From Amoebidium appalachense (lineage: Eukaryota > Protista > Ichthyosporea): a stretch of 64,000 nt of DNA. The position numbers and the translations under genes are program-made. The notes under the pieces were generated by a model. The model made no database searches. It was not told the DNA's origin and was given only the letters and a program-made list of their open reading frames with translations. The stretch covers positions 8,808,818 to 8,872,817 of the forward strand of contig CAVNZM010000008.1 of assembly GCA_963693365.1 (NCBI GenBank), written 5' to 3'. Numbering within the stretch: position 1 is the first letter of the stretch; each line of letters starts with the position of its first letter. This document shows positions 1 to 12,932 of this stretch, piece after piece.

Positions 1-67
1 AACCGAATACACCGCCAAGCCATAATCACCTTTGCGTTTTTACACCACACCACATTACGAATAAACA

Positions 68-800
68 TTAATCTATGTATGAACGAGACTCTCTAACCGT
101 ATCCGCCATATAGGCTACTAGTAGTTGGTGTTTTTGCGGTCCTAACACCGGAAGGGACTCAACACGTAGAGTAAAAAGATATCTATCAGCCATAGACTTG
201 AAACTATTCATATTCACACTATGATCTAGCCGTACCTCCGGTGGGGTCGCCAGCCATTCCACATACTTTAATTAACGCTCGGCAATGGGCAGAGACGATG
301 GGGAAGGGAAGTGGTAGAGGGGCGAGTCCGGCGGGGATGCGTGTAGCCGGAAGAGCGGGTGGTCCGGGGCACAAGCGGACAGGCGGGTGATGTGCTCGTG
401 CAATTTAAGGGCTAATTCGTGTACGCGTTGTGATGGTGGTGTGAGTGCGTAGAGAGAATCAAAAAGGCGTCTAGGGATAGGTGTGGAAGGACCAGTGAGA
501 AACGTACAAGTTGTGTAGTGGAAATCATCTATTGATTTGAGGACATTAGTAACAGTATCAGGGGGTGCCATAGCTAGTAAGGGCAACCCGTATTCAGACA
601 AAGGGCGAATATATATGTGCGAAATATACTAAGACGATGGTATAGGTGGACAGTATGAGAAAGAGTAGCAAGATACACATCCCTAAATAACCGAAGACAC
701 CTGCCTGCACTCTCCACCCGACAGTCGATCATCCGTTTGAAACATATGCCCCATTCGTCCACCGGAATCCCCAAATACTTGTATTCGATTGGAACTACGT
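68..800 (-). mobile_element. Degenerate non-LTR retrotransposon (LINE) ORF2 fragment: end of RT domain and downstream region
   Basis: EYKYLGIP (RT motif 7-like) is followed by LSIFRTYI. Removing 2 nt from a TA run at about 610 restores IRPLSEYGLPLL, the typical post-RT 'RP.LEYG' motif. The frame continues through an in-frame TAA at 272-274 into the 68..262 ORF. Confidence 0.75.
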
Positions 801-2750
801 CAAAATATCTAATATTGAAGATAAATAGTAACGTCCAACTATTTAATTGGGAAGTTTGTATATTTGAATATAGTTGCATTGACTAGGAAGGTTTTTCCCT
901 ATTTTCTCCGCCCACGTTTCTTCATTTTTTGCGCTGCGCTACTCTGGGGATCCGATGATCCGAGGGCCCGGCCAAGGGGGCCCATCGGAATGAAAGTCCG
1001 GGATATGCCCTTATTCATCATTTCGAATTGAACAATCATTAGAGTATTCACATTGACCCTCCGCAATCACCAAAGGTATTTTGTGCTATATATAAATTTG
1101 CCTAATATATAAGTTCCCCGATAAAGATACATTATTATAACCCAGCAAAGATATATGGACGCGCCACTTCCCCATCATCCCGCCACATCCCAAGCATCAT
1201 CTAGGGGGACGAGACCGTCCTGACTAACCAAGACGTACATTCCAAAAGTCCCCCCACACCAAACTTCTGGGGGGCGTAAGTCTCTAGCTAGCTTGGTTTA
1301 GAACCAGGGGAATCAGCAGCAACACAATGTGTGAGAGGCTAAGAGCTCTGAAAGAATTTTGGATGCATCAATTATTATCCTTTCTTATGAGTCTCAATAC
1401 TCTACAGTTAACCTAATAGCTGGATAGATACGACATTCTTGTTTATTTTGAAAATACAAGTTCTAGATACAAAAACATTAATTTCACCACGCCCCACCAA
1501 CATGGTGCTTGGGAAGTTCGTTCCAAGCAAATTACGCATTCCGCAAATGATGCAGCACCATCATGTGATTGGTTACAGTTGGTTCACATGCCAACCAAGA
1601 GGTTCAAGACCTGGAGTGCTGCGCAGGCTCCAACACCCACGCGCAGAGGCGCGCATACGTGCAGGGGCCGTAAATAAAATGTTTCGAACCGTATATTGAA
1701 ACGGGATAAATAAAAAATAAGTATATTATTATACCCAATTTACAAATTACCTGTTTTACAGCATCTGAGGGTCTTTGAAGTCGAAGTCAGAAAGCACGTT
1801 GAAGGGCCCACTGGCCGCCGTCTCAATGATCATCATGTAATATGAAACCCCGATTCAAAACGGTGGGTTCTAAAGCCAAGTCCAAAATTTGGTGACTTGC
1901 ACAATATAACTAATCCGACCTATAATGCTTATAGACTAGACTTCTGAACATTTTTTATGATTTTTAAAGATTGAAAGGGAAGAATTATTTATTGGTTTGT
2001 ATTAAGACTTCCATATTCAGAATTCCAGGAGAATTCACAATATAGTGAAATGTTTATATATTATTTCGTATGAAGAAGAAAAAAAAAGTCATTGTAAAAC
2101 TATGCCCGATTGTAGGTATAGGGAGACCAACAAACCGTTGTGTTTTCCAAATTCCGCCAGAGCTCGAGAGTCGAGACTCGAGACACATGTACATCCAATA
2201 CACTTACCCCATCAGCACAACACATGTGTTCAGTGGCGTAGTATCATACATGCCCGACACCGTGACACGTACTGGCGGTGTCACGCGCCACCTCGGCTCG
2301 TCGATAGCCCGACCGCCCCGCAGTCTTTTTTCTTCGCAGCCTTCCTTCTTCGAATTCCGGCAGCAGTCACTTCGCGTTCACACAGATAAAAATTGTCATT
2401 ACTAGCGAGACATTTCTGCTGAGGTAGGAAGGAAAATGAGGCACCACCTCAGTAGGTGGTAGGTTACATGCATAGACCCATAGCAAGTCACTTTTCATAA
2501 CCTCTCTAGCTTAGTTTCTTTTTTCGGTTCTTTTCATCAACATTATACCATTACTTTAGTTTTGGATGGGGTGTGGTAAGGGGTGAAGCTAGCTAAGAAA
2601 AAAAGCGATTGTGCCTAAACGATTCATAATGATTATGGACACTTTCTTACATAGCACACGTACGTATATAGCACTGCTCATTTAACGTGACATTTCGCAT
2701 TCACGCAGAAGTAGCACGTCAGCACGTCGTAGGTGTATAAGCGTTTTAGA

Positions 2751-3419
2751 ATGAGCACTCCCCCTTCTAGTAACGAGCCTCGCGGCCTGAAACCAGAAAA
2801 CGAAAAGAAGAAACACAACGGAAATGGTGTGACAGACCACAACCTAGAGGTGATGATTGAAGTGATTCCAGCGCTAGAGATAACCATGGCAGGGGATGGG
2901 GCGAGTGACGAGGAAAATGCCCTCGAGGTGCTGGATGTGTTCGACAGCCCACAGGACGGGTCGAACCGAAACTCTCAATTCACAGCAACGGCGACCTTTA
3001 GTTCCTGCCGAGAGCAGAACGTAGTTTTGGTGCCCCGCCCTGCATGTATTAATGAACCGGTACAGCTTCAAACTCCACAAAGACCCCCCTCCAACCTGCG
3101 GCGAAGGTTAACGAAGGAGCAGCGATTGGCAAAGATAAAGAAACTGTACTGGCAGAGATCTTGGGCCGGATTCGCATTTATTCTCGTGATGATGTGTGCC
3201 ATGGAAGGGATTGTCGGGTATTTCGTTTACAGGGCGGCGGCGCCAATAGGCGAACTTTCGCCAAAACACAAAATCACCAGGGAGGCACGTGCGCTGGAGC
3301 AAATGGGGAAGGACCTCACGACACCCAACTCGACAAGAACAACGTCTGAGCTCAAAGATCAAACATTGGCTTTTCTAGCCGCTGTGAACGATTTCAACAA
3401 CGGGATCCCGAGCTCTTAG
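2751..3419 (+). CDS. Single-pass membrane protein ORF, possibly the N-terminal part of the downstream 7TM gene
   Basis: Repeat-free ORF from ATG 2751 with a disordered N-terminus, a basic stretch, then one hydrophobic helix (WAGFAFILVMMCAMEGIVGYFVY). Confidence 0.6.
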   Translation: MSTPPSSNEPRGLKPENEKKKHNGNGVTDHNLEVMIEVIPALEITMAGDGASDEENALEVLDVFDSPQDGSNRNSQFTATATFSSCREQNVVLVPRPACINEPVQLQTPQRPPSNLRRRLTKEQRLAKIKKLYWQRSWAGFAFILVMMCAMEGIVGYFVYRAAAPIGELSPKHKITREARALEQMGKDLTTPNSTRTTSELKDQTLAFLAAVNDFNNGIPSS

Positions 3420-3439
3420 GTGTCGGTCATAACATTATC

Positions 3440-4300
3440 ATGCTTTCCATTATCCCTACGGCGATTCACATCATCATAATTGCGTGTGTGTTCGTCCTTT
3501 TTTACGTACACAGGCGCGAGCGCACGCTACGCACCCGCGGTTATCCCTTTCTCGTTCATTTTGTGGTCGCCACGATTTTTCTCATGGCGGCGTCCATGTA
3601 CTTTACCGTCGGCCTCTTTCTGGGTCTTCCCACAGGCCCATTAACCATCTCCCTGGCAAACACAGCTGAAGCGGCAGCATCGTTTAAGCTGCTTAATAGG
3701 TACAATGTCTCGGCGTCGTGTGCTCTAATATGCGCTGGCGGATCTCTGCTCGGCGCTCTCATGCAACGGCAATACATCATCAACCAGATCTTCACGAACG
3801 ACACGAAGCTGAAAAAGAACCTCAACTATTGGCGTCTTTTCGGGTTGAATTTCCTGTTTGTGGGCGTGCCGTGCGTGGCGTACATCGTGTGGGGGTACAT
3901 GTACGACATGGACCAAACGCTTATGTGGGCGCAGAATTCCATCATGTTTATGGTTTTAGGCTACACCGTCGTCTTCACGTACTTCGTGCTCAAGACGCGC
4001 CACGCCTTCATAATGTTCAGCGATTTTACGGCAAACACCCGCACCGTCCTATGGATCCTTGTATACGTCACCATAATTATGGTCGTTATCAACAATTATC
4101 CAAACAGTGTAATGTCTGTGTATATGTGGGCGCCTTTCGCGCGTATGACGGCCAGTTTGACTACTCTAGACATGGCGGTGGGGTTGTACATAATGAAAAA
4201 GCTCAGAATTTCGCTTAATCTTATCTATATGACGTCGACGGTGGATTATGTTGGACCCACACTCCGAGCAACTCAGATCAACCACTCTGTTGTTGCCTGA
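3440..4300 (+). CDS. Class C GPCR-like 7TM protein (7tm_3-like), no Venus flytrap domain
   Basis: Seven hydrophobic segments. Class C/GABA-B-like motifs: HRRERTLRTRGYPFL after TM1, GALMQRQYIINQIF at the end of TM3, KTRHAFIMFSD after TM5. The frame is open from 3350. Confidence 0.65.
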   Translation: MLSIIPTAIHIIIIACVFVLFYVHRRERTLRTRGYPFLVHFVVATIFLMAASMYFTVGLFLGLPTGPLTISLANTAEAAASFKLLNRYNVSASCALICAGGSLLGALMQRQYIINQIFTNDTKLKKNLNYWRLFGLNFLFVGVPCVAYIVWGYMYDMDQTLMWAQNSIMFMVLGYTVVFTYFVLKTRHAFIMFSDFTANTRTVLWILVYVTIIMVVINNYPNSVMSVYMWAPFARMTASLTTLDMAVGLYIMKKLRISLNLIYMTSTVDYVGPTLRATQINHSVVA

Positions 4301-4790
4301 AACCTTTTTTTGTTTTGTTTTGTTTTGTTTTCTCCTGGGTTTTTGCGATAGGTAAAACATCGCAGGACAGTTATCATGTAATTTTGTTGGCATTGAGCTA
4401 GTGTGAAGAAACGTGGGTTCTCATTCCGCTATAACATTCCGATTTCTCACGGATATCACGATCATATCCCCTTTGTTATTAGAATTGTAGTAATGAGTAC
4501 ACGTTCTTCAATCCAACTGTAAATATCACAATAGCAAACTGCTTTACTACATATCGCCTGGTATACGTTTAATCCAGTGCGAATTCGAGAAAAAGGGTTC
4601 TCACAAGTAAAATACATAAATTAGATACCAACTGTAGTATAATCTAATGTTCTGGGGGCTGTAATATATCTCGTGATGTTTTTTCCAATTTGTAACATTG
4701 CTCCTATTTAGAGCCCACCGGGGGCTGTAGGCACAGCACTCTATTCAATGAAGAAACCCGAAGCTTTTCTCTTTATATGTATGCGTGGCA

Positions 4791-4825
<35 letters not shown>

Positions 4826-5356
4826 CGTGCACACACACACACATACACACACCTCCCAAGAGCTTTCGGTCATGCAGTGAAGAGCTTCCCCGTCCTAGAG
4901 ATTTGCCGCTGGAGTTTTAGCTGAAATAGAAATAGTTAAATAACGCCAGCTGTACTCGGAACCATTAATTTTGAGTCTGATTCTTTCATGCAGTTAGGCA
5001 CTTTAATCGTGCCCACGTACTTAGTCTAGCCCTACAGTGCTTGCGCTGACTTTCTGATACTTGTAGAATCAAACCGCCACCCAATTACATCTATAAGACC
5101 TGCCTTGCACCGATTGGTGCAGAAAGACGGTGCTATTTTTTTTGTAACTTACTCCACGGTAACTAACAAGGTAAGAGCAGGTGCAAGTCAATAGCTACCG
5201 TTGCACATTATTCCACTTTAACTTGATCAATTGGTACGTTTGGGTACGTCTATACCCACCCAAAGTCGTGGAAGACTTCATCGGTCAAACTACGTTAAAC
5301 CCCGATTGCCGTTAATATTTCCCCTACTCCGTGTTCTTTCCCAATGGCCCCTCCCC

Positions 5357-5389
<33 letters not shown>

Positions 5390-5469
5390 CCCCCAACAAC
5401 CACACGTGGAATCACCACCCACCCACACACCCATACACCCATCCACACACACACACACACACACACGTG

Positions 5470-5503
<34 letters not shown>

Positions 5504-5508
5504 CGCAC

Positions 5509-5561
<53 letters not shown>

Positions 5562-5629
5562 CACTCACTCACTCACTCACTCACTCACTCACTCGCTCGC
5601 TCGCTCACTCGATCACACACTCACACACA

Positions 5630-5676
<47 letters not shown>

Positions 5677-5732
5677 AAAAAACTTGAAAATTACTTTGAA
5701 CTGTCAGTTGGCCGCCGTCCTCCCCCCCCCCC

Positions 5733-5763
<31 letters not shown>

Positions 5764-5818
5764 ACACACACACGTGCATACACATAAACGCACGCACAAA
5801 CACACAAGCACGCGTGCG

Positions 5819-5857
<39 letters not shown>

Positions 5858-6827
5858 GAACCCCCTCCCCCCCCCCTCCCCGAAAAAAAAAAAAAAAAAC
5901 TTGGAAATAAGGCTTTGGACCCCCCCGCCCCCCCCTCCCCGCCCCCCGGAAATCCCCCTCCCTTCGAATTCGATGCTCAGTCCATCATTTCTTACGTGGG
6001 CGCAGTGGGTCTTATTCAGATTTACCCTCCAGTGTACGCGAGCCTCAGCTCTGACCAGGGAGATTGCACTTGTCACGTTGGATGATGTAAAAAGAGTTGT
6101 GCACATGATTAAATTGTGCTGCTAACTTATGAAAGTGGAGGGAACCCGAGGATGGGGTTTTGGCATTATATAAGCGGGAGATGATATTCGGAAGCTTGAC
6201 AATGTGCGTGTGGGAAAATAAATGGCCTTGAGTAGACTCCATTTACTTCTTCTGCACCTTCCCCCTCCCCCTCCCTCCCCTTTTTCTCTTCCCGTCGGGC
6301 CCTCTCTCTCCGCTGGGTCCCTCCTCTCACCCCCTCCCCTCCCGGGCCCCTTCTCAAAAAAAGAAAAAAGAAAAGAAAAAGAATTGGATCTGATCTCCCC
6401 AAAGGATGCATGCTTGTACATGTCGTGGTGCTCGCAATCACCGGGTCTAAACCCCATATACTATGGGGCAACCCAGGACTCAATATCAATCTAACAGTGT
6501 TAAACTTTTAAGTGTTTTAACAGTGTTTTAACATCATTTGTCTTTGAACACTTTCTCTGCGGATCCTCGCATCTTATTTTTTGGGACCCGGGTTTACACC
6601 GTGTGATGACGTAGGCGGCTTTTGCTTGCATGATACACTAGGCTCATAGTATAAGTGTGAGCCTATTTCAGACTCTTTCACGGAGGTTTAGATACTTTAA
6701 ACTTCTATCTAAAATTTACTTAAACTGATATTGCGCTGGCCTTCTCCCCCCCCCCCCTCCCCCTTCCCCAGCCCCCCGCCCCCGGAGCCCAACCACACGC
6801 ACCCACGCGTGCGCGCGCGCGCGCACA

Positions 6828-6878
<51 letters not shown>

Positions 6879-6943
6879 ACGCACACACGCACGCACACGC
6901 ACATACACGCGTGCACACACACACATACACACACAAACACCAC

Positions 6944-6974
<31 letters not shown>

Positions 6975-7912
6975 TCTATAACTCCCTCCCTCCCTCCCCT
7001 CCCCCCCCCCCCCCCCCCCCCGCCAGAATATACAACAATAGTGCACGAGTTGGCATATGCATTTCGCACGCACGTGCACAGCACGATTCTTCATTAGTTG
7101 CACATCTTTGGTTTGCACAGGTTGCACGAGCACATAGCATACATAGTTAGGTACGATCGTTTATTTGTGCTTTATCTCCCTTTATTTCATAAGCATGTCC
7201 GGCATGCTCTTGTTTGCCCTCTGTTATTCATTAGGCACGTGTGGTATTCATAGTTTGTTTAGCTATTGGCGATAGCGAGAGGAAAGCACACATCCGACGA
7301 TTGTTGTGCATGCTTTTCATGTTTTCTGTGTAGTCGGGTGTTTTGTCTGCGGTTGGACCGTATGAGGGGAATGCAGTTTGATTTCCGTTCATGTACGTGA
7401 CGTTATATGATTGGTCAGATATTTATAGTATTCATAGTATTTGCCAATCTGATGCGCAAATACCTTTGGATAGATCTGTATTCATGGAATCTGCCTGCTG
7501 CAGATAAATAGGTGAGAATCGAGCATAATAAATCAGACGTAGATTGACAGAACATGCAACTGTGTTTCTACCTCTCCACACTACCCTCTCTGTTAGTGCT
7601 GTGGCATCGTGCATTGCCCAGCACCACTCTGCACGTGTTTATGTCTGTTAGTTTAGTGGCCTGATCACCCACGTATACTCTCATTCATATGCATGTGTGC
7701 CCAGGTACGTGTTAGTTGTAGTGTGTACACTCTGCTAGTCAGGCGAGAATAGTAGGGACTTTTGCCGTAAGTCAGCACTTTTCTTGCACCTGCCCCCCCC
7801 CTTCAAAACAAAACAAACCAAAAAAAAAAAACCCCCCTTGGAAAAGAGCCTTTGTGGGCCTTTTGCGTGGGTGGGTGGGTTTGTGGTGGGGGAGGGCGAA
7901 AGGGGGGAGGGA

Positions 7913-7967
<55 letters not shown>

Positions 7968-8340
7968 GGCGGGGAGGGGGGGGGGTTGTTTTTTTTTTTT
8001 TTTTTTTTTTTGGGGGGGGGGGGGGGGGGGTAGAACAAAGCATGCACACACGCGCACACATGTACACACACACACACACACACACACACCCCACACACAC
8101 CCACACACATACACACACACACACCCTCTAGAGATCTTCAACTCCCCTCTCCCCCCCCCCCCCCCCCCCTCCCCCCTCCCCCCGGCCCCCCCGGCCCCCC
8201 CCCCCCTCCCCCCCCCCCCACCCCCCCCCCCCCCCCCTCTCCCCCCGCTATCCCCCCTTCAACACGAAAAAGAAAAGGAAAGAAAAAGAGCTTTAGGGTT
8301 TGGGTGGTTGGGTGGGTAGGTGGGGGTGACTGGAGGGGAA

Positions 8341-8371
<31 letters not shown>

Positions 8372-8622
8372 AAATCATTTGTGACTCCAGCAATGTTTTA
8401 AGACACAACTCAGACCGGTTGTCACACAGAACATCGAATCATGTAAAACACAGTGCGTCATGGTTTGCTCTCGATAATGATTTACTGCACACACTGGCAA
8501 TCCATCAACCTGAAACTGAATGTACCTCAATGCCTACTAAAAACTGTTGTTTACGTCACTAAGTGCTAATTAGTGCAGCGTGCATATGCTTGTCAGTCTG
8601 CATTCTAAACAGAGTATTCACT

Positions 8623-8665
<43 letters not shown>

Positions 8666-8825
8666 CCCCCGGGATCATCACCACTCCCATACAACACCCA
8701 TACCCACCTGCGGGGACATCACATACAACACACTGGACATACCATGGCGTAGTCGAACCAATGAAAGCCCATGGTTAAACTTTATTCGTATGTTTGGAGT
8801 GGAGGGGAGGGCTGGTGCACGTTGT

Positions 8826-9047
8826 TCCTAAATTTATGTCTGCTAATATCGCTCCAGTTAATGCTAATACTAATGAAAATAATTGGTGCGCTAATATAAA
8901 ACTAATTTTCTTTGCATGCTTTGAAATAATCGATTTTTTGGCTAATAATCTTATCGTATCTGCAAATGGTTGTAACACTCCTCACACTCCCACTGTTTGT
9001 GGTTCCACTCTTAATTGCATACTTCTAACAATTTTAGTCTCTCTTTC
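8826..9047 (-). pseudogene. nad1: NUMT: fragment of mitochondrial nad1
   Basis: AT-rich island translating as ERETKIVRSMQLRVEPQTVGV(TGA=W)GVLQPFADTIRLLAKKSII...LFSLVLALTG/AILADINLG. This matches the ND1 N-terminal signature (ERK..G.MQ.R.GP..VG..G.LQPFAD..KL..K) with an internal deletion. Confidence 0.85.
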
Positions 9048-9455
9048 GTGATTTCTTATAAATTTTTAGAAAGTTGCCCCCCACTGGCGAGGCTGGGGTG
9101 TAACCCTGGGCTAAAGTGTGTAATATGTAGTAGTTAATATATGTTTTAGCAAGGGGAGGGGTTAGCTTAGCTCATTGCACCTTTAGCACCCTACGAGGCT
9201 ATGTAGGGTACAGTTGGTGCTGTGTGGAAGACGGTAGAGTAGTTCCTATAGGGCCCCCTGGGGGTGTGTCCCTCCGCGAACAAAACCGGGGATAAAATAA
9301 AAATAAAAAAGCTAAAACCTTTAGTAAAAGGTTGTGTGACAGATGCAATATGCGTCACCAGACTTTTATAGAACTTCAGGTGTTTAATATTAGTTCCGAT
9401 TGAGTCCGATCCAATCGGATCACCCATTTGAGGCAACTATGCAAAATCGAAAACC

Positions 9456-9486
<31 letters not shown>

Positions 9487-9518
9487 CTGTGTGACGGTGT
9501 GTGTGTGTGTGCGCGCGC

Positions 9519-9557
<39 letters not shown>

Positions 9558-10009
9558 CGTGTGTTCGCCTACGTGATTGTGTGTGCATGCCATTGTGTAC
9601 ATGTACATATAGCACATGTGCGTGCTGTGGGGAAACTGGAGACATGCCCTATCCAAGTGCAAGCTTAAGAGAGAGAGAGATTTAGCAGGAGGAGGTTACG
9701 TGGGGGCGAGGGGGTAGTGTGTGCACGTGTGTGCACGTGTGTGTGTGTGACGTTGTGTGTGTGTGTGTGTGTGTGTACATGTGCATATTATGTGTGTGGA
9801 GGGCCCGGTGGGAGGGTTTTACCAGTAATACTATCTATTAATACGGTGTAGCCTGCATTAACGGTGATGAAGGACTCCTGGCCTCCATGCATGTTATGTT
9901 TTGGGAATGTACAATATGTAAACCTCGTGATTTACTCTCGTATGCATTATCTGGTATGGTCACGGTTGCGCGCTGAGCCTGTACGTATAACGCGCGGTTT
10001 GTTCCCAAC

Positions 10010-10074
<65 letters not shown>

Positions 10075-10733
10075 CCTTAAAAAAAAAAAAAAAAAAAAAA
10101 ATTCAAAACAAGCTTCTCTAATTGTCCTGCGTACTCAAATGCTCAGGTCCTATCTACGCCCATATATGGCATGTAATTTCCACCCACTAATACGCGTACG
10201 GTAGATCATGAATCACATCCAGGTATTTGCAGATAAAATGTTCCATGTGTGCGCGTGTACAGAGAGATGACATTGTGCATAAATGAGACTATCTTCGTAT
10301 GTTGTTGCAATTGTGAGCATGCGACGTATTCTGGATGAGATATCGAAGCTCTGCACATGCAAAGGTAAAAAAAAAAATAAATAAAAAAAAAATTGCAAAA
10401 AGATAATCATAAAATGAATTCTCCTTAGAAAAAAAGCCGGAATAACATGCCTATGAATGATACCCTTAGAGAACACACGACCGAACAGAACAGGAACACA
10501 CCTTGAGCCATAGATAGCGACAGGTGCACAATCATTTCATGGTTTGTGTGTCGGGTTTATATTAGGTACCAGACACCGACCCGCCATTCGCAGGTGATAT
10601 ACAAAAGATATGTTGACACGGGCAGGCATTATGGCTTATTGTCCTGCGTACCCAAATGCCCAGTTTCCATCTGCGACCATATATGGCATGTAGAATCCTT
10701 CCATAAATGGTATATCATGATCCACATCTAGAT

Positions 10734-10768
<35 letters not shown>

Positions 10769-11390
10769 CCTCCTCCTCCTCCTGAATGATCAGAAACACT
10801 ACATACTGCACACCTGCACCATCACTACAATATCGTTTCCACAGCTACCTATACACCTTGCAACCTGTATGTTCAGTCACACACGACTACTGCATATAAC
10901 AAAACTAGCATCTACGTGTGTGCGCTATTTTCCCAACATTCTCGCTCTATATTTCCCTACATACCCGCCACCGTATACATGTACCGGTTTGCATATACAT
11001 CGTGGAGCACTTACCTCAATTTATCGATACTTCATTTCAGTTTTACGCAGATTTTTTTATCGCTGGAACATGACTTCAGGGGTTTTAACAAAAGAAGAAC
11101 CACCACAAAAAGAGGGTACGTGCGTAGATATCGATGCACACACCGAACACCGCCGAACCATGTACATGTATATGTCTCTACAATATACATGCAGGTTGAT
11201 ACCATTCACTTTGCGCTTCCTCCTAAAGAAGCAACATTCAGCTCCAAAAAGGGAGAACACATCAAAAAAAATTCTTCATCGCTAGCCGCAGGAAAGCAGG
11301 TGTCATACATAAAGTGCGCGGCATTCTCAATTCTTCTTTCGCAATTGTCAGCGACAATGGCCTATACACAAGAGCATTCAGGACCAATAG

Positions 11391-12932
11391 TTAGTGTGCG
11401 GAAACAGACACGCACGAGCCGACGCCGCCTGCCGTCTTCGTGGGCACGGCACTTAGGGCTTTGTCCGCCATCGAGGCATCAGTGGCAAGCTGGAGCGCAA
11501 ACGGCGCTGCCGCCAGGTCGAAAAACACCGGCGATAGAAAAAACTCGTCGCTGGCAAATGGCTTGCTCAACAACTCTTCTGGAGAAAGTGAAAGCACGGG
11601 ACCCGCATCATCCGAGAGGGGGCTAGTCGGTGCACGGCTCTCAGGGGAAGACATCTCGCCTGACGGCACCGATGTTACAGGCACACCACCGCCTTCTTGG
11701 GAAAGGGAAAAGGCACTCTCGGGCCACGGTTCCAGCAGGACAGGGTCTTGGCTGCAATCCATCTGGAGCAGACTGCAGTCAGCCGGCAAAAGAGCCCCAT
11801 CCAGCAGTATTTGAGACCCATCAACTTGACGCGCACGCTTTGACTGCGTTTCATATGGATGATCGTCGCACGTGCCTTGAAAAGCCGTGAGATCGAAGTC
11901 TTCGTCAATACACACTGAAGTGCGCTTGAGAAGCCGCGGCTCAGGGCGCGAATCTTCATGGATTGGCTGGGACATGCATGTCGCCATCGGGAAGGGCTCC
12001 GTTGTTAGTTCGAGCGCGCTAGGTAGCGCAACATTCTCTGAAGATGCCCTTCGCTTGCACTCTGCATGAGCGGGTCGGAGGGGTGTCTCTCTATGGGGAG
12101 TCGGAGAAAACGTCTCACAGAGGACGTGTGCCGGTGTAGGTACCACCTCCATCCCCTATGCGTGTTTGGTGCTATGAGTCAGGTGTCTCCACAGCACCAG
12201 ACAGGAAAAAAGAAAAAGCAGAAGCACTGCAGGGAGGGAGGAACCCTAAATATCGCAGTACCAGCCGAAAGCAAGAGTGGCTGCTTGGAGATTTAGCAAA
12301 GCACAGAGCAAAGACAAACGGAGAAGAGCAACACAAAAACCAAAAACGCAGCATGACCAAGCAAGAAACAGAAAGGCAACAGCTGTATAAGCGCTGCACG
12401 AAGCTGTCGTAACTCATGCCATCCAAAGCGCATCACACGCATCACCAGCCGTGTCTTGCAAGTGCTTTTTGTAGAGAAAGCATTTTCACGTGTGTTAGAA
12501 GTAACGTGCAAAAAGAGAGCATGCTGAAGCAGGAAGAGGAAGTTTCAGACTACCAAAGCCGCGTCACAATCACCACGAACAGCACCTGGCGTGTGCTTGC
12601 AGCAAACACACGCAGCCTGGTTGTTATTAATTACAATCAGCAAGAAAAGAGAAGCAAAGGAAGCATTGCTCAAGCACACGAGGCATGGAAGGAGACACAA
12701 AAAAATTAGGCACGAGCACACTTGCTTCAGTAAAGCCGTGAGGAGTGTGCCCTACCAAAAACAGGTCGTCAGGGATGCACTCCGCAAACGAGCGAACAAT
12801 GTCTTCCTCTTCGGCACAGCGGTAAACCGACTGAATCAGAAGCTTGTTCAACAGGCGGTGCATGTGCCTCCGCTGACCCAGCTTGTGCCGTGAAACATCC
12901 ATAAGTCTTCGCGGTGCGACCGCATCGTTCAT
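11391..12932 (-). CDS. IER/SERTA-like protein; probable exons 12932-12726 and 12155-11391
   Basis: N-terminal APRRLMDVSRHKLGQRRHMHRLLNKLLIQSVYRCA resembles the IER/SERTA helical hairpin. Exon 2 is a 253-aa S/P/D/E-rich ORF preceded by a pyrimidine tract, CTGAC and a TAG acceptor. The exact donor is uncertain (GCAAGT or a nearby GT). Confidence 0.55.

Noticed and set aside
7912-7965. Exact lengths of very long G/C homopolymers as a biological signal
   Set aside because: Homopolymer lengths are unreliable in assemblies. Their presence is credible but their length cannot be judged here.
11440-11814. Plus-strand ORFs antisense to real genes (also 47754-48047 and 60762-61217)
   Set aside because: Shadow ORFs of GC-balanced coding sequence with no independent evidence.
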